A stretch of DNA of 64,000 nucleotides from Alistipes sp. UBA936 (GTDB lineage Bacteria > Bacteroidota > Bacteroidia > Bacteroidales > Rikenellaceae): the NCBI GenBank assembly GCA_002293505.1, contig DBDI01000030.1, positions 6,350-70,349 of the forward strand. Direction: 5' to 3'. The notes below the pieces were generated by a model, which was given only the letters and a program-made list of their open reading frames with translations, had not been told where the DNA came from and searched no databases. This document shows, piece by piece, positions 1 to 9,064 of the stretch; position 1 is the first letter of the stretch; the number at the start of each line of letters is the position of its first letter. Position numbers and translations under genes: made by a program.

Positions 1-29
1 CGCGTGACGGCTCCGTCCGTGACCGCATT

Positions 30-392
30 ATGAACATCGAAGAGTTTCGCGCCTGTTGCCTGTCCGTTAAGGCGGCTTCGGAGTCGTGTCCGTTCATCGA
101 CCCGAACGTGCTGGTCTTTAAGGTGATGGGTAAGATGTTCGCCTATATCCACCTGGCTCCCAAGGGCGGCGAGTTTCGCGCGGCTCTGAAATGCGACCCC
201 ACGCGGTCGCTCGACCTGCGCGAGCGATACTCCGGCGTTACCCGTACGCGGTTCAAGACCCTGCTTTGGAATTCGGTTTCGTTGGATAGCGACGTGCCCG
301 ACAACCTCATCGCGGAGCTGGTTCGCCACGCGGCGGCGGAGACGATCAAAAACCAACCCAAATACAAACAGCGGGAGTACAGTGCCTTATGA
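30..392 (+). CDS. MmcQ/YjbR family DNA-binding protein
   Basis: 120-aa ATG ORF. Overall sequence (VLVFKVMGKMFAYI..., RYSGVTRTRF) resembles the small YjbR/MmcQ fold family. Its stop overlaps the crcB start (ATGA). Confidence 0.6.
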   Translation: MNIEEFRACCLSVKAASESCPFIDPNVLVFKVMGKMFAYIHLAPKGGEFRAALKCDPTRSLDLRERYSGVTRTRFKTLLWNSVSLDSDVPDNLIAELVRHAAAETIKNQPKYKQREYSAL

Positions 393-841
393 AGACCGTA
401 TTGTTAGTCGGGGCGGGGAGTTTTCTTGGTGGCGTTGCTCGCTACCTGCTCTCTCTGGCCCTCTCTCCGCGCTTGACCGGCCTCTCTCCGCGCTTGACTG
501 CCCTCTCGCCTCGGCCGTCCGGAATCTCGGCCACCCTCCCCACAAGCCTCCCTGCCAGCCTCCTCGCTGGCTTCCCGACCGGTACCCTCGTTGTTAACAT
601 CGTCGGTTGCTTTTGCATCGGCATCGTGTTCGGCTTGTTCGACCGCGGTGGGCTCTCCCTCGAATGGCGGATGTTTCTCGCGACCGGGTTCCTTGGCGGG
701 TTCACAACTTTCTCTGCCTTCTCAAACGAGACCTTCACCCTCTTTCGCGACGGCCAGCCCGGTTGCGCCCTTCTGTACGTTGCCGCCAGCCTCATTCTCG
801 GCCTTCTGGCGACTTGGGGCGCTTATCAAATTACCAGATAA
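389..841 (+). CDS. crcB: fluoride ion channel CrcB/FluC, with an atypical loop insertion
   Basis: N-terminal GAGSFLGGVARY, FPTGTLVVNIVGCF and GFLGGFTTFSAFSNE are CrcB hallmarks. At 150 aa it is about 25-35 aa longer than usual because of a Pro/Ser/Leu-rich insert. Confidence 0.85.
   Translation: MKTVLLVGAGSFLGGVARYLLSLALSPRLTGLSPRLTALSPRPSGISATLPTSLPASLLAGFPTGTLVVNIVGCFCIGIVFGLFDRGGLSLEWRMFLATGFLGGFTTFSAFSNETFTLFRDGQPGCALLYVAASLILGLLATWGAYQITR
460..522. repeat. three in-frame 21-nt tandem units inside crcB (LSPRLTG/LSPRLTA/LSPRPSG)
   Basis: cctctctccgcgcttgaccgg (460-480), cctctctccgcgcttgactgc (481-501), then a degenerate third unit cctctcgcctcggccgtccgg (502-522). Confidence 0.8.
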
Positions 842-2960
842 CTATCTCATCCGTGAAGATGAATCCTCGGCCCGGGTGGGTGTTGTTGGCCCGTAGCCGC
901 ACATACCTCGCTGGCCACTCGCCGTTGAACGCATACTCCTGGAACGACAGCATCCGGTCTGTGTCCGCGATGGTTGTGAATACCTTGCCTCGCGAGGTGA
1001 ACGTCACTCCGTCTATCGAGGTCAACAGCTCCACGTCTCCCGGCTGGAACACCGACGGCCCGATTAGTTGCAGGAACTTTGCATAGACCTTGCTGATCTC
1101 CGTAGCCTCTCCCATATCGACCACACAGTCCAGCGAGTTTGTATATCCCTGCCAGCGCCTGTCATAATAGGTCAGCCCACCTCGATAGCCATCCAGTAGA
1201 GCACCTCTGCCTCCAGCCATATAGCCCGGATAGAGTGGGGTGCGATAGACTATCGGTTTTCCGATTCCTCTATGATAGTCCACCTTCTTCTCCGTTGGCT
1301 TGCCCATCAGTACTCCGTCTCGGAACACTCCCGCAACAAAGTGTGCCGAGTCGCGCACTGTCACCGGCTCGGTGTAGACCTGCGACGTCGCTGTCGGTTG
1401 GGTTCCGTCGGTCGTGTAGCGTATTTCTGCCGGATACTTCTCCGCATCCAACACCACACGTATCTCTCTGGCTTCCGTGTCGACGGTCATCTCGTAGTCT
1501 ATGTCGTACGACAGCGGGAAGGCGTTGAATCCCATCTGGTCACGTAGCACTCCCACGTGATGGTTCATCCTCGGCTTGAAGTCCTGCCAGTCTCGTTTCT
1601 CTTGCGGCGTCCAGCCTACTTCGGCTACTGACAGCGCTCTTGGCCACTGCATATACTCTACGTCCGCCTGCGTCGGTATGTATGTTGTCCAGGTGTTGCC
1701 CTGTACTCCTATGACGTGCTTGCGCGCTGCCGCATCCAGCGAATCCGCCGGCGCCGGGTCGAAACTGTACACCCACTTCACCGTCGTGTGCCCACCTATG
1801 GCGTATGGTTGAGTGGTCGGGTCGGTCTGATAGAAGTCGAAATATAGATAGTTCTGCGGAGTCATCACAACGTCGTGGCCCATCCTCGCGGCCTTATATC
1901 CCTCCATCTCGTCTCTCCACGACATCACCGTTGCATCCGGCGCTATGCCTCCTTGCAGTATCTCGTCCCAGCCTATGAGCTTTCGGCCGTGCGAGTTGAG
2001 GAACTTCTCCACCCGACGGATCATATAGCTTTGTAGTTGGTCGACATTTTTCAACCCCTCTCGCGCCATCAACGCCTGACACTTCGGACAGGTTTTCCAC
2101 GCTTGCTTGCTGGCTTCGTCGCCTCCTATGTGAATGTATGTCGATGGGAAGATCTCCATAATCTCTGTCAGCACATCCTCCACGAATGTGAACGTGTCGG
2201 GGTTTCCGATACAGAAGTCGCCTCCTCTGTACGCCTGCCCGCTGCACGTAAGGTTAGGATATGCCACAAAGACTTCCGCCGAGTGGCCCGGCATTTCGAA
2301 CTCCGGAATCACCGTGATGTGCCGTTCGGCTGCATAGGCTACCACTTCGCGCATCTCGTCCTTCGTATAGTAGCCTCCTTCTGCTCCCGGCGTTCCCTCC
2401 GGAACAAACCGCCTCGACCTCCCGTCGCCAGACGGGCTTCGGAACGCCGCCATCTTTGTCAATAGCGGATACTTGTCGATCTGGATCCTCCATCCCGCTC
2501 CGTCTGTCAAGTGCCAGTGGAACCGGTTGAGCTTGTAGTACGCCATCGCATCGAGCAGCTTGAGTATGTACTCCTTCCCGAAGAATGTACGCGACACATC
2601 CAGATGCAGCCCCCGGTACGGCAACCGAGGCGCATCGGTAATCTCCACCATCGGCACTCCCTCGGGCGTGATCAACTGTCGTACTGTTTGTTCGGCGTAG
2701 AACAGTCCTGCTTCCGTTGGTGCCTTGGCGGTGATACCGTCTTTGTCGACTACCAGTTCATATCCTTCCGGGTTGTCGGGACTGACGGTCGGGTCGATCA
2801 GGTAGCGGGCCGGGGTTTCGCCCGAGAACACGCCGCCCGAAAGCGTCATTTGGGCTGGTAGCGGGATCACGTTAATATCGACATCGGTTGTTTCGACGTT
2901 ACGGGTGCATCCGCCGACCACACACAGCAGGGCGAGCACAAGTGCAGGAGTAGTTTTCAT
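831..2960 (-). CDS. GH20 beta-N-acetylhexosaminidase (lipoprotein)
   Basis: Motifs RGLHLDVSRTFF, HWHLTDGAGWR, IPEFEMPGHS and HIGGDE, plus a lipoprotein signal MKTTPALVLALLCVVGGC. The ATG at 2960 is preferred over the TTG at 2969 in the track. Confidence 0.9.
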   Translation of the reverse strand: MKTTPALVLALLCVVGGCTRNVETTDVDINVIPLPAQMTLSGGVFSGETPARYLIDPTVSPDNPEGYELVVDKDGITAKAPTEAGLFYAEQTVRQLITPEGVPMVEITDAPRLPYRGLHLDVSRTFFGKEYILKLLDAMAYYKLNRFHWHLTDGAGWRIQIDKYPLLTKMAAFRSPSGDGRSRRFVPEGTPGAEGGYYTKDEMREVVAYAAERHITVIPEFEMPGHSAEVFVAYPNLTCSGQAYRGGDFCIGNPDTFTFVEDVLTEIMEIFPSTYIHIGGDEASKQAWKTCPKCQALMAREGLKNVDQLQSYMIRRVEKFLNSHGRKLIGWDEILQGGIAPDATVMSWRDEMEGYKAARMGHDVVMTPQNYLYFDFYQTDPTTQPYAIGGHTTVKWVYSFDPAPADSLDAAARKHVIGVQGNTWTTYIPTQADVEYMQWPRALSVAEVGWTPQEKRDWQDFKPRMNHHVGVLRDQMGFNAFPLSYDIDYEMTVDTEAREIRVVLDAEKYPAEIRYTTDGTQPTATSQVYTEPVTVRDSAHFVAGVFRDGVLMGKPTEKKVDYHRGIGKPIVYRTPLYPGYMAGGRGALLDGYRGGLTYYDRRWQGYTNSLDCVVDMGEATEISKVYAKFLQLIGPSVFQPGDVELLTSIDGVTFTSRGKVFTTIADTDRMLSFQEYAFNGEWPARYVRLRANNTHPGRGFIFTDEIVIW

Positions 2961-3028
2961 AGGTTCCAAAGTTATGCAACTTTTTTGAATTTAGCAATCC
3001 CGGAAAAGTTTTCCGGCCGCCGCCGCGT

Positions 3029-3036
3029 TATCTTTG
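3029..3036 (+). promoter_or_regulatory. Bacteroidota -7 box (TAnnTTTG), 4 nt upstream of the ATG
   Basis: tatctttg followed by cact then ATG (3041). Confidence 0.45.
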
Positions 3037-3040
3037 CACT

Positions 3041-3937
3041 ATGAAAAAACAACAGACCAGAGAAATTTACGAACGTCGCGTTGCGGCGGCCGAGGCTTAC
3101 ATCGCTGCCCACCTCGACGAGGAGCTCGAACTGGAACGCGTGGCTGCAGCGGCCCACTTCTCGCCCTTCCACTTCCACCGCATCTTTCGCGCCTTCCGCG
3201 GCGAGACTCCCGGTAGTTACATCACCCGTCTTCGGGTCGAGGCGGCTGAAAAACTGCTGCGCGAAACCGACCTCACCATCGAAGAGATCGCTTACCGCGT
3301 CGGCTTCGAGGTTCCCTCGTCGCTCACCAAGGCGTTCCGCACCCTCTACGACATCACACCCAGCGAATACAGAAGTTCTAAAATACTCAAAATTATGAAA
3401 ACCACAACCGTAACTCCTTCCGCTAAGCTGAAAGCTCCGCGCATCGTGGAGCTCGAACCCCGCACCTTCCTCTACCTCTCCTTCACCGGCCCCTATCCCT
3501 CGCTCGACTTCGGTGGCGCCTTCGTCCGCCTGTGGGCCGAGGTCAAACGCCAGGGCCTCTACACCGCCGGCATCGAACACATCGGCGTCTACTACGACGA
3601 CCCCAAGTTGACCGACGCTTCTGAACTCCGCACCGAAGCGGGCCTTGTCGTTAACAAAACTCCCGAGGCCAATGGCGACTTCGCCGTGCGCACCATCGCG
3701 GGCGGCCGCTACGCCGTCTTCACCCACATCGGGCCCTACGACGAGGTTACTCCGACGTACGACGCCATCTTCGGTGAGTGGGTTCCGGCCAACTGCGATT
3801 GCGAGGAGTGCGATTGTTCTCCGGGCGAGTGCCGTTGCATTTTGCGCGACGAGCCCGTGTTCGAGAAATACTGTAACGACCCGACGCGCACCGCGCCCGA
3901 GAAACTCAAAACGGAGATCTACGTGCCGATCAAGTAA
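3041..3937 (+). CDS. AraC family transcriptional regulator with GyrI-like effector-binding domain
   Basis: AraC HTH region (HFSPFHFHRIFRAFRGETPGSYITRLRVEAAEKLL...IEEIAYRVGF...SEYR). The C-terminal half looks GyrI-like (ending EIYVPIK). It contains a Cys-rich insert, NCDCEECDCSPGECRC. Confidence 0.85.
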   Translation: MKKQQTREIYERRVAAAEAYIAAHLDEELELERVAAAAHFSPFHFHRIFRAFRGETPGSYITRLRVEAAEKLLRETDLTIEEIAYRVGFEVPSSLTKAFRTLYDITPSEYRSSKILKIMKTTTVTPSAKLKAPRIVELEPRTFLYLSFTGPYPSLDFGGAFVRLWAEVKRQGLYTAGIEHIGVYYDDPKLTDASELRTEAGLVVNKTPEANGDFAVRTIAGGRYAVFTHIGPYDEVTPTYDAIFGEWVPANCDCEECDCSPGECRCILRDEPVFEKYCNDPTRTAPEKLKTEIYVPIK

Positions 3938-3964
3938 CCCGGCCCGCCCGGGCTTCGGCCCCGA

Positions 3965-4210
3965 CTACTTTTTCGCCCAGCCGAGCACATTCTCGCTGTG
4001 CACTTCGACTCCAAACTCACTGGCCTTCCGTAGTATTCGGCGGGCCAGTTGTGGTTTTTCGTCGTCCGGCGCCCAGTGGAAATAGGATTCTGCTGCTCTT
4101 ACGTGCGCTGCATCCGGCATCGGGAACTTGTGCTCTTTCGGTAGCCCGAAATCGCTCAGCGGTAGACTGTTTCTTTCTTCTGTCGTCATACCCTCCCCGG
4201 CGTGCAACAT
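3965..4210 (-). CDS. small hypothetical protein
   Basis: 81-aa ATG ORF in a gap between other genes. It has a KFPMPDAAHVRAA-type motif. An alternative start is the Met at 4189. No family assigned. Confidence 0.4.
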   Translation of the reverse strand: MLHAGEGMTTEERNSLPLSDFGLPKEHKFPMPDAAHVRAAESYFHWAPDDEKPQLARRILRKASEFGVEVHSENVLGWAKK

Positions 4211-4236
4211 TTATACCACAAAAAGACCATAACTAA

Positions 4237-4833
4237 TCAGAAATTGTATCCCAGCGTGAGATTTATAGTCCGGTTGCGCATCTTCACATCGTCCTCTGCC
4301 GTGACGCTATTTCCGACGATCGAACCCTGAAATCCTATGCCGAGGTAATAATGCCTCCGCCACGAAGCCCCGACACCGATTCGACCGCCGAAGTCGTTGC
4401 GTCCTATCGTGCCGTGCTTACCGAATGTGGGGTCGGAACCGAACCTCCCCGCAATGCCCAAACCGTAATAGAGACCCAGGTGGGGTATGATAACGAACTG
4501 ATTACCGAGCTGGAGATGATAGTTTAAAAGTACCGGAAGTACCAGATACATAGCTTCCAGATGCTTATTAGTCGATTCGACCTTTGTGCCCGCATCATTG
4601 AAAAACAGACCGAGTTCCAGATAGAGGGGGTTCGAGTGGATGAGCCGGATTTGATCCGTCACTCCGACGTGGAACGAGTTGCGATGGTGAACGCTGTTGG
4701 TAACGGCACCCGAGCGAAACAGCATATTGCTCATACTGAAGCCGGCGCGAACACCGAAAATGTTATTTTCCTGCGCCGAGACACCGGTCGCGAATGCGGT
4801 AATGAGCAGCAGACAAAGCAAAAGTTTTTTCAT
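4237..4833 (-). CDS. outer membrane beta-barrel protein (porin-family, small 8-10 strand type)
   Basis: Signal peptide MKKLLLCLLLITAFATGVSAQ, alternating aromatic/glycine strands, and a C-terminal ...LTLGYNF typical of an OM barrel terminal Phe. Confidence 0.7.
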   Translation of the reverse strand: MKKLLLCLLLITAFATGVSAQENNIFGVRAGFSMSNMLFRSGAVTNSVHHRNSFHVGVTDQIRLIHSNPLYLELGLFFNDAGTKVESTNKHLEAMYLVLPVLLNYHLQLGNQFVIIPHLGLYYGLGIAGRFGSDPTFGKHGTIGRNDFGGRIGVGASWRRHYYLGIGFQGSIVGNSVTAEDDVKMRNRTINLTLGYNF

Positions 4834-4942
4834 AGTATTTCTCTTTGCAAAAAATATACCAATCACTCAGTTCGTGGAAAACCCCTACAATTTCCCTAAA
4901 TCAGCGCGATGTGGTGCAAATGTGGTACAAGTCAAAAGAGAA

Positions 4943-4975
4943 AGACCATAAGTGATTGATACTCACCTACGGTCT
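4943..4975 (-). terminator. hairpin terminator 3' of tRNA-Leu(CAG)
   Basis: 13-bp stem. On the minus strand the two plus-strand A:C mismatches become G:U pairs. A T-rich tract (ttctctttt) follows on the minus strand. Confidence 0.5.
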
Positions 4976-4983
4976 TTTCTTAA

Positions 4984-5070
4984 TGGTGCCCAAGACAGGA
5001 GTCGAACCTGCACTTCCTTACGAAAACTCGCCCCTGAAACGAGCGCGTCTACCAATTCCGCCACTTGGGC
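4984..5070 (-). tRNA. tRNA-Leu (anticodon CAG), class II with long variable arm, CCA encoded
   Basis: Reverse complement GCCCAAG...CTTGGGCACCA. Acceptor stem is 7 bp, anticodon stem CTCGT/GCGAG, loop TTCAGGG, T-loop TTCGACT. Confidence 0.9.
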
Positions 5071-5124
5071 ATCGAATGAGGGTGCAAAGATAGTTATTTT
5101 TTTGTGCGGGCCAAAAAATTTTTC

Positions 5125-5132
5125 TATCTTTG
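5125..5132 (+). promoter_or_regulatory. -7 box (TAnnTTTG) upstream of tRNA-Pro
   Basis: tatctttg, 20 nt before the tRNA 5' end. Confidence 0.45.
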
Positions 5133-5152
5133 TGCCCTGCAAATCGCAGATT

Positions 5153-5230
5153 CGGGGTGTAGCACAGTCCGGTTAGCGCGCCAGCTTCGGGAGTTGGAGG
5201 TCGAAGGTTCGAATCCTTTCACCCCGACCA
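5153..5230 (+). tRNA. tRNA-Pro (anticodon CGG), CCA encoded
   Basis: Acceptor CGGGGTG/CACCCCG, anticodon stem CCAGC/GTTGG with loop TTCGGGA, T-arm GAAGG-TTCGAAT-CCTTT. There is one A:C mismatch in the D-stem. Confidence 0.88.
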
Positions 5231-5296
5231 ACAAGGGGCCACCTGAAAAGGTGGCCCCTAATTGCGCACGGGAGGGGTCGTTTTGCGCAAACCCCC

Positions 5297-6661
5297 TTAC
5301 AGATCTATCCTCACCCCCCTGTAGAAGTCGAGTATCCGGGCGCTGAACAGGAAGTCGTAGCGTGCTTGCGCTTGCTCCGAGCGCGCCGACACCAGCCGTG
5401 TGTTTGCCTGGTCGTACTCGAAGACGGTTGCCTTGCCGCTGTTGTAGCGTATCTCCATTGCTCGGAACGACTCTTCGGCCGCGGTCAGTGCTTTGGTTGT
5501 TGCCGTAAACCGTTCGCGCGCCGAGACTGCCTTCTGATGCGCCTGTTGTATCTCCTTGTAGAGTGCCAGCCGCACGTTCGCCAGTTCCAAGGTCGAGTTG
5601 GTCACCCCCAGGCGCGCCGAACGGACACTGTTGCGGGTTCGGTTTCGGTTGAACAGGGGAATGCTCAGGTTTAGTCCCACGCTTTCGGAGTGCTTGTTTC
5701 GTATCTGATCTGAGAAGCTTTGTTGCTCATAGTCCTGCCCGAACTGATGGTAGTAGCCGTCGCTGACGCTGCCACCCAGCGAGAGGCTGGGGTAGTAGCC
5801 GCTTTGGGCAACGCGCACCTGATGTTGGCTGCTTTCCAGTCGTAGCTCTGCCTGGCGAACCTCGGGCTTGATTCCCAGTGCGGTGTCGTATATCGACTCG
5901 GGCGACACGAGAGGTTCGTTACCCGCCACGGCAAGTTCCTCGGCCGTCGGGACCACAATGTCGAACCCGCCCTCCACGTGCTCCAGATTGAGCGCCTGTT
6001 CGAGACTGAGCAGTGCGAGCGCAAGGTCGTTCCCGGCGGTTATTTCGTTCACCTCGTCGTTGGCCAGTTGTGCTTCGATGTCGTAGAGTTGCGACATCGC
6101 GACCTTACCCTGTTCGACCATCAGGCGGGTGTTAGCTACCTGTTCGCGGGTGAGGGAGGTCTGCTCGCGGTAGACGGCCAGTATCTCCTTTTTGAACAGC
6201 ACGTCCAGATATAGTCCCGTTATGTTTAGCTCCAGATTCTCCTTGGCCCTTTGCAGGCTGGCGGTTGCGGCACCGAGCGTTGCGCGATCCATCTTCGCCT
6301 GATTGTTGATTCGGAAGCCGTTGAACACATCCACGTTGAGCGACACCGACCCTGAAGTGTTGCTTGCTTGGGTGTTGACGTAGCTGTTGTCGACCTCCGA
6401 GGCCATACGCCCGAAGCTGAAGTTCTGGTTCACACCCGCGTTGAGGCTCGGTAGGCGACTGTTCTGCGTAGTGTTGAGATTCAGGGCCGCGTCTTCGACT
6501 TGCAGGGCTGATTGTTGGATGGAGATGTTGTTCTCCACCGCGTAGTCGATGCACTCGCGCAGCGACCACGTCCGGGGCAGGGTTTGCGCGCCTGCCACCG
6601 AGACTATGGCTGTGGCCGAAACCGTCAGCGCCGCCGCTATAGTGAAAAGTTTATTCTTCAT
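5297..6661 (-). CDS. TolC family outer membrane efflux protein
   Basis: 454 aa with a signal peptide and two repeated coiled-coil/beta halves typical of OEP/TolC. It is the last gene of an efflux operon. Confidence 0.85.
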   Translation of the reverse strand: MKNKLFTIAAALTVSATAIVSVAGAQTLPRTWSLRECIDYAVENNISIQQSALQVEDAALNLNTTQNSRLPSLNAGVNQNFSFGRMASEVDNSYVNTQASNTSGSVSLNVDVFNGFRINNQAKMDRATLGAATASLQRAKENLELNITGLYLDVLFKKEILAVYREQTSLTREQVANTRLMVEQGKVAMSQLYDIEAQLANDEVNEITAGNDLALALLSLEQALNLEHVEGGFDIVVPTAEELAVAGNEPLVSPESIYDTALGIKPEVRQAELRLESSQHQVRVAQSGYYPSLSLGGSVSDGYYHQFGQDYEQQSFSDQIRNKHSESVGLNLSIPLFNRNRTRNSVRSARLGVTNSTLELANVRLALYKEIQQAHQKAVSARERFTATTKALTAAEESFRAMEIRYNSGKATVFEYDQANTRLVSARSEQAQARYDFLFSARILDFYRGVRIDL

Positions 6662-6674
6662 CGTCTCTCCCTCC

Positions 6675-7775
6675 TTACTTTACTTTCGGGTTTCCGCGTA
6701 CCTTCTGACCCTCGACGAGTCCCTCGACGACCTCGATCATCATACCGTCGCTCAAGCCCGTTCGAATGTCGTGGCGGGTGAAGGTTTGCTTCTTGGCCTC
6801 GGCGCTGTCGAGCACGTAGACGAAGGTCGAGTCGTTCGAGAAGTTGACTGCGTTTTCCGGGATCGCAACCACACCCTCTTCGCGGGCGAGTACGATCTCG
6901 GCGTTGGCGCTGTAACCGGCACGGATCGTGACGTCATCGGGAATGCGGGCTGCGGCCTTGATCTCGAAAACGATTGCGCCGTTCTCCTCCACGCCCAGCG
7001 GAGAGATATACTCCAGATTGGCGTCGAACGAACGATCCTCCACCGCGCCGACGGTCAGCTTGACCGGCATACCGGTGTGGACGCGCCCGATCTCGGTCTC
7101 GTCGACGTTACCGATGAAGATTAAATCGTTCATATCGGCAACCGTTGCTATGGTCGTACCCTCGTTGAAGGTATTGGCGTTGATCACCGAAGTACCCACC
7201 TTGACCGGAACGTCGAGGATCATCCCCGTGATGGTGGAGCGAACCTGAGTGTTGGCGATGTCGGAGGTGCTCTTCGAAGCGCCGTCGCGAACGATGTCCA
7301 GGTTGTCGCGCGAGTTCTGCAACTCCTCCACCGCACGCCGGTACTCGCCGTCGCTGGTCTCCATCTCTTCGCGCGAGATGACGTTCTCGGCAAACAACTC
7401 CTTCTGGCGTTCGTACACCGCGCGGGTTGTCTCCATAGCGATCTCGGCCATCCGGACGCGGCTCTCGGCGGCGTTCAACTGGTTCATATCGGGGATCACC
7501 TTCACAACCGCGATCACCTCACCCACCTGGACGCTCTCGCCCGCCTCCTTACGAAGCTCGGAAATGATGCCCTGGATCTGGGGTTTGATCATAATCTCGT
7601 CCCTCGGAGAGATCTTGCCCGTCGCCACGGATGCGTTCTGGATCGTGTCGACGCGGGCCTCCACGATCTCGTAGGTCACCTCCACCGGGCGCGACTTACG
7701 CCACAGTGCCCAGAAAGTCCCGAGCACCACAAGGCCCAAAACCACAAACAGGAAAATTCTGAAAAACTTTTTCAT
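6675..7775 (-). CDS. efflux transporter periplasmic adaptor subunit (HlyD/MacA-like)
   Basis: N-terminal TM helix, a biotinyl-lipoyl-like hairpin (GKISPRDEIMIKPQIQGIISEL...GEVIAVV) and a coiled coil. It sits between TolC and the MacB-type permeases. Confidence 0.85.
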   Translation of the reverse strand: MKKFFRIFLFVVLGLVVLGTFWALWRKSRPVEVTYEIVEARVDTIQNASVATGKISPRDEIMIKPQIQGIISELRKEAGESVQVGEVIAVVKVIPDMNQLNAAESRVRMAEIAMETTRAVYERQKELFAENVISREEMETSDGEYRRAVEELQNSRDNLDIVRDGASKSTSDIANTQVRSTITGMILDVPVKVGTSVINANTFNEGTTIATVADMNDLIFIGNVDETEIGRVHTGMPVKLTVGAVEDRSFDANLEYISPLGVEENGAIVFEIKAAARIPDDVTIRAGYSANAEIVLAREEGVVAIPENAVNFSNDSTFVYVLDSAEAKKQTFTRHDIRTGLSDGMMIEVVEGLVEGQKVRGNPKVK

Positions 7776-7790
7776 AACTTGATAATTATT

Positions 7791-9062
7791 TTATTCATCT
7801 CTAATTGCGTCGATAGCTTTAATCTTCAAGGCGCGCCAAGCAGGCAACAGTCCGGCCACGATGCCACTCATCACCAACACCAACAACGCCACCATTGCAA
7901 GGTTGAACGACACCACGGGCTCGGGGTGGAACCCGATGGGGTTGCCCGGGCCGTCACCGCTGATATTGATATTTTGGATAACGACCGACACCCCGATGCC
8001 GCACATCAATCCGGCAAGGCCCGCGATCCCCGTCAGCACGAAGCTCTCGGACATAATCTGGATGATGATGTTCCAAGGCTTGGCACCAAGCGCCCGCCGC
8101 ACACCGATCTCGCGCATACGTTCGCGAACCGTGACCAGCATAATGTTTGAAATGCCGATGATACCGCTGAGCAGAGCCCCCAGACCGACCAACCACATCA
8201 GGACGCTAAGGCCGGTGAACAACATATTGAAGATCTTGAACTGGTGCTCGATGTTGACGCTGCCGATGGCCTTGGTGTCGGAGGGTGCGATCTTGTGGGC
8301 CGCCTTGATGATCGTCTTGAACTCCTCCTCCACCTCGTCGGCGCTGATGCCGGGCTTGGCCGTGCAACCCATAAAGTAGAAGTTCTCGCCGCGCTCGAAC
8401 AACATCTGGTGGGTGGAGAACGGAAGGTGGATCATCTCGTCCACCGGGCCGAAGATACTCGCGTTGGAGTGGGGAGAGATCACACCGACCACCTGGAAGT
8501 AGATACCGTTGATGCGGATGAAGCGGCCGATGGGATTTTCGCCGGGAGAGAACAGAGTCTCGGCAACGACGTTACCTATTACGCATACCTTACGCCGCTC
8601 GGAGATGTCCACGTCGTTGAGCAACCGACCGGAGTCCTGATTGACGGTATTGATCTCGTAGAAGTTGGGGAAGATACCGATGAAGCGCCACGAACCCGAC
8701 TTCATACCGTTGACCACGTTCTTGTCGCTACTATTACCCATCAGGGCGGGAGAGATGATGTCGATGGTCTGGGCACGGCGCTGCAACAGGTCGATGTCGC
8801 TATTGTTGAAGGCCCACCAACGACCCTTACGGTAACCCTCGTAGGGCTCACTGGTGCGGTCGGTGAAAAAGAACACGGCGTTGGTCGCGAAGCCATCCAC
8901 CTGAGCGAGGATACTCTGGGTGATCTTGTTACCGATCGCGAGCAGAACGATGAGCATAAACAGACCCCAGAAAACCCCGAACCCCGTGGCTACGGAGCGA
9001 AAGCGGTTACGAGTGATCGTCGCCCAGATCTCGTGCAAACTATCTATGTCAAAAAACTTCAT
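7791..9062 (-). CDS. ABC transporter permease (FtsX/MacB-like)
   Basis: MacB_PCD-like periplasmic domain plus a C-terminal FtsX region (REIGVRRALGAKPWNII). Confidence 0.85.
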   Translation of the reverse strand: MKFFDIDSLHEIWATITRNRFRSVATGFGVFWGLFMLIVLLAIGNKITQSILAQVDGFATNAVFFFTDRTSEPYEGYRKGRWWAFNNSDIDLLQRRAQTIDIISPALMGNSSDKNVVNGMKSGSWRFIGIFPNFYEINTVNQDSGRLLNDVDISERRKVCVIGNVVAETLFSPGENPIGRFIRINGIYFQVVGVISPHSNASIFGPVDEMIHLPFSTHQMLFERGENFYFMGCTAKPGISADEVEEEFKTIIKAAHKIAPSDTKAIGSVNIEHQFKIFNMLFTGLSVLMWLVGLGALLSGIIGISNIMLVTVRERMREIGVRRALGAKPWNIIIQIMSESFVLTGIAGLAGLMCGIGVSVVIQNINISGDGPGNPIGFHPEPVVSFNLAMVALLVLVMSGIVAGLLPAWRALKIKAIDAIRDE

Positions 9063-9064
9063 AC

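Noticed and set aside
1-389. Possible fluoride riboswitch upstream of crcB
   Set aside because: crcB is ATGA-coupled to the preceding yjbR-like ORF, so there is no untranslated leader. I saw nothing resembling the crcB motif in the 29 nt before the yjbR start.
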